The notes beneath the pieces are model-generated. The model worked only from the letters and a program-made list of their open reading frames with translations. It was not told where the DNA came from and ran no database searches. A stretch of DNA of 64,000 bases. It comes from an uncultured Gammaproteobacteria bacterium. GTDB lineage: Bacteria > Pseudomonadota > Gammaproteobacteria > Competibacterales > Competibacteraceae. The position numbers were made by a program, and so were the translations under genes. Positions 61,362 through 64,000 of the stretch are shown here, piece by piece; position 1 is the first letter of the stretch, and each line of letters begins with the position of its first letter. The stretch is from contig CAVOKM010000007.1 in NCBI GenBank assembly GCA_963696515.1, positions 2,541-66,540 on the forward strand, in the 5' to 3' direction.

Positions 61362-62498
61362 TCAGTCCCCCTCCAAGCTGGCGAACCGAATCTGATGCGG
61401 TTCCAGGCCCAGCGCGTGGCCGGCGAGCCGCTGGGTCCCCTGGCGCTGGGGCGCGTAGCGCGCGGCCATCGGCGCGCCCAGCATCCGGCTCAATTCCCGC
61501 TTGAGCTTGCTGGTGCGCTCTTCGAAGAACGCCTTGCCGATGCCCTCCTCGCGCCGGGCCGCGATCAGCGGATGGTCGTCATCGGCCAGCGGATCGTTCA
61601 GCGCCGCCTTATGCTCGATCAGAAACGCCGTGACCTCGGCGTGACCGATCCGCTTCCAGTGCAGCGGCGGCAAACCGGCCAGCGCCCGCCGGGCGAACCA
61701 GGCCAGCCAGGCAAAGCTGATCGGGGTCAGCCGCAGCACGGTTTCCCCGCAGCCCACCCGGCAGGTCGCCACATCCAGGGTCAGGCTGGGCGAACCCAGG
61801 TTGCGCTGGGCCTGCCGCACCACCTGGCTGAAACTCGCGCCCTCGCGCAGCAACGATTCCTGCAAGCCGTCGCGCAGCCGCACGAACGGGATATCGGCCA
61901 GCATCACCTCGGCGTCGCTGGCGTCGAGCGGGCGCTGGTCGGGGCCATTGCCGAAAATTACCCGCTCGACCGGCGCCGGATAGAAGAAGTTGGGGTTGGA
62001 CTCGAACGCGTTGGACACCAGCACATGGGACAGCCGATCCTGCGGGCGGCCGAACAGCGACAGCGCGTAGCCGAGATAGAAACCCATGGTCTTGCGTCCG
62101 CCGGCGATGGAGGCGTGTACCACGCTGTCCGGGTCGGCGGTCAGCGCGCGCACCGTGGCGGTGATGGCGTCGGCGATGGCTTCGTTGTCGGCCACGCCGC
62201 GAATGTCGTTGAGCAGGCGACCGTCGGCGGCGCGGAGAATGTGGATCGTGTCGAGGGTAAAGCGAATTTCGGGCAGGCCGTGGTCCCGGCGCAGCCGGTG
62301 GAACCAGCCGGGCTCCTCGCTGAGCAGGGTCAGCCGCGCCCGTTGCGCACCCTCGGCTGTGGTGAGCAGGTGGATTTCGGTCGGCACGAAGCGGGGCTCG
62401 CCCGTGACCGTCAGGGCGTACAGGGTCTCGGTGACGATCTGCGGCGACAGGCCGGCGACGCACAGCAGGATACGGCGGGGGAAATTTTCCGGGTTCAT
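61362..62498 (-). CDS. NE0113-family CARF protein (Csx14/Csm6-annotated) with C-terminal winged-HTH-like domain
   Basis: GLSPQIVTETLYAL, SIAGGRKTMG, QDRLSHVLV; C-terminal LTLD...V...LRLTP..FAWL...SKLKREL; no HEPN RxxxxH recognised. Confidence 0.85.
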   Translation of the reverse strand: MNPENFPRRILLCVAGLSPQIVTETLYALTVTGEPRFVPTEIHLLTTAEGAQRARLTLLSEEPGWFHRLRRDHGLPEIRFTLDTIHILRAADGRLLNDIRGVADNEAIADAITATVRALTADPDSVVHASIAGGRKTMGFYLGYALSLFGRPQDRLSHVLVSNAFESNPNFFYPAPVERVIFGNGPDQRPLDASDAEVMLADIPFVRLRDGLQESLLREGASFSQVVRQAQRNLGSPSLTLDVATCRVGCGETVLRLTPISFAWLAWFARRALAGLPPLHWKRIGHAEVTAFLIEHKAALNDPLADDDHPLIAARREEGIGKAFFEERTSKLKRELSRMLGAPMAARYAPQRQGTQRLAGHALGLEPHQIRFASLEGD

Positions 62499-62566
62499 GG
62501 CAGCGTCCTCAATTCAGTATAGTGCAAACGCAGCAACAGTAAACCCGGAGAGACAAAATTACCGCT

Positions 62567-62582
62567 TCGGCAAGCTTGCCGA
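62567..62582. promoter_or_regulatory. Palindromic operator candidate upstream of the CARF-wHTH gene
   Basis: TCGGCAAGCTTGCCGA; core 27 nt before TACTGT. Confidence 0.6.
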
Positions 62583-63554
62583 TCAATCCATGACCAATCG
62601 ATACCGCCCCAGCCCCATGACCGCGCCCTTGCCGGCATGGGTCCACTGGCCGAGCCAAAGATACGGCCAAAATGGCTCCAACCCAGCCCCATCCAATTCG
62701 ATTTCGCCCAGCAGCCCGCCCATTTGCAGCAGCGTGTCCTGGCGCGAGGAATAGCGGACCCATTCGTGCCAGCGCAAGCGCGCGGCTCGATGCTGGATTG
62801 TCCAGCCGGCCCGGTTCAGCGCGGCGAAATCGACAACCAACGGAGTGTCGGTATGGAAGGTGGTCAGCAACGAAATCCGCCGCAACAGGTTGGCGAACAG
62901 CGCGCCGAACTCGAACGCCTCCGGTCCCACCAGCTTTTCGGCCTGTCGCAACCGCAGCGGTGTTTCCAGACACAACGTCATCCGCGCCGGACAGGGCGGC
63001 GGTTCGGGAACCCTCGGCGGCAAGGGTTGCAGGGACCCGCCAGGATGGTAAATGACTTGCCATTCTCCAGTCGGCGTTTGCTGAGCGACCTGGGCCAATT
63101 CCAGCAGGCCATCGCTCTGGCCGATGCCGCGCCGGCCCGCCTGGTCGAAGGCGTGCAGTACGTAGGGCAGATGCCGGTTGCCATGCCCGAACAACACCAC
63201 GTCCACGCCGACCGACGCCCCGACGATGTGCGCTCCCCCTTCGCCTGGCCGCAGCAGATACGGGTGCGGAGCGGTGGGGTACTTGCGCAGCTTGCCGGCA
63301 GTCGGGTCGGGTGGGGTCTCGAACAGGTAGGGATAAACGCAGGAGCGGTACAGCAGGCAAGCCGGACAGGCCGGTTCGCGGGTGACGCAGACTAGCCGCT
63401 TGAGCGCATGGCCGAACACCCCGCGCCAGGCGGACCCGGCATAAACCGGCAGGCGCAGCGGCCCCAGAGCCGTGAAGCGCAGTTGGTAGCGGGCCACCGG
63501 CAACGGCGGCACAGCGATGGGGGCCGGATAGGAACCGGCGAGGGGAGCGGGCAT
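62583..63554 (-). CDS. cas6: Cas6 crRNA-processing endoribonuclease
   Basis: GSAWRGVFG, Cys cluster CxxxxxxCxxCxxxxxCxY, GKGAVMGLGRY; alternative start 63587. Confidence 0.92.
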   Translation of the reverse strand: MPAPLAGSYPAPIAVPPLPVARYQLRFTALGPLRLPVYAGSAWRGVFGHALKRLVCVTREPACPACLLYRSCVYPYLFETPPDPTAGKLRKYPTAPHPYLLRPGEGGAHIVGASVGVDVVLFGHGNRHLPYVLHAFDQAGRRGIGQSDGLLELAQVAQQTPTGEWQVIYHPGGSLQPLPPRVPEPPPCPARMTLCLETPLRLRQAEKLVGPEAFEFGALFANLLRRISLLTTFHTDTPLVVDFAALNRAGWTIQHRAARLRWHEWVRYSSRQDTLLQMGGLLGEIELDGAGLEPFWPYLWLGQWTHAGKGAVMGLGRYRLVMD

Positions 63555-63612
63555 GGGCGCGATCCTGATAGGAAACGACGGTATCATGCCACGCCCGCCG
63601 GCGAGGGCGGGA

Positions 63613-63628
63613 CCGGCAAGCTTTCCGG
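63613..63628. promoter_or_regulatory. Palindromic operator candidate upstream of cas6 (1 mismatch)
   Basis: CCGGCAAGCTTTCCGG; core 26 nt before CATGAT, with a TGn extension. Confidence 0.55.
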
Positions 63629-63667
63629 CGACGGGATCGGGCGGGATTACGGAAGCTGTTTCAGTCC

Positions 63668-64000
63668 TCAGGCATGAACCACCGCCGCTGCCTGTTCGGC
63701 CTCCCGGTCATGGGCGTGGTCCTTGGCCAGCAGCATGTACAGCGCCGGCACGACAAAAATGGTGAACAGCGTGCCGACCGCCATGCCACCGACCAGCACC
63801 AGACCGATGGAATTACGGGCAGCGGCGCCGGCGCCGGTCACCAGGGTCAGCGGCAGATGCCCCGCGATCGTGGCGGCGCTGGTCATCAGGATCGGGCGCA
63901 GCCGGATTAGCGCCGCCTCATGCACCGCCGCCAGCTTGGCGAGACCGCCCCGCTGGAGCTTGTTAGCGAACTCCACGATCAGAATGCCGTTCTTGGAAAT
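63668..64000 (-). CDS. RND efflux permease, C-terminal part (truncated by the window edge)
   Basis: SKNGILIVEFAN, RLRPILMTS, GTLFTIFVVP. Confidence 0.93.
   Translation of the reverse strand: MSKNGILIVEFANKLQRGGLAKLAAVHEAALIRLRPILMTSAATIAGHLPLTLVTGAGAAARNSIGLVLVGGMAVGTLFTIFVVPALYMLLAKDHAHDREAEQAAAVVHA

Noticed and set aside
1-64000. tRNA/rRNA genes, prophage genes, cas4 or RT-Cas1
   Set aside because: No supporting motifs recognised

Overview
Bacterial DNA, mostly GC-rich with AT-rich patches. The gene content suggests a Gammaproteobacterium (weak inference). Many genes are split by 1-nt indels, probably assembly errors. Five blocks: (1) 1-15.4 kb, an exopolysaccharide cluster (GT4s, bi-domain oxidoreductase, heparinase II/III, asnB) riddled with IS elements and MITEs. 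(2) 15.7-20.3 kb, two secreted matrix-type proteins behind a sigma54 promoter and a c-di-GMP-I riboswitch. (3) 20.3-39.4 kb, moeA/mobB/PPIase, ovoA, a large membrane protein, an AAA-PDDEXK protein, glycerate kinase, a second c-di-GMP-I riboswitch and a PepSY/cytochrome b/two-component module. (4) 39.4-41.5 kb, an iteron origin plus a Rep_3 initiator. (5) 41.7-63.6 kb, a type III-B CRISPR-Cas locus with 27 repeats and an IS66 inside one spacer. The CRISPR locus is the most interesting part. A palindrome GGCAAGCTTGCC sits 26-28 nt upstream of -10-like boxes in front of four cas units, next to a CARF-wHTH gene (candidate cyclic-oligoadenylate-responsive regulon). The adaptation module is doubled (cas2-cas1-degenerate cas1-cas2) and bracketed by perfect 37-bp inverted repeats. 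The repeat register shifts from 37 to 36 nt along the array. Five RNase toxin-antitoxin pairs are interleaved among the cas genes.
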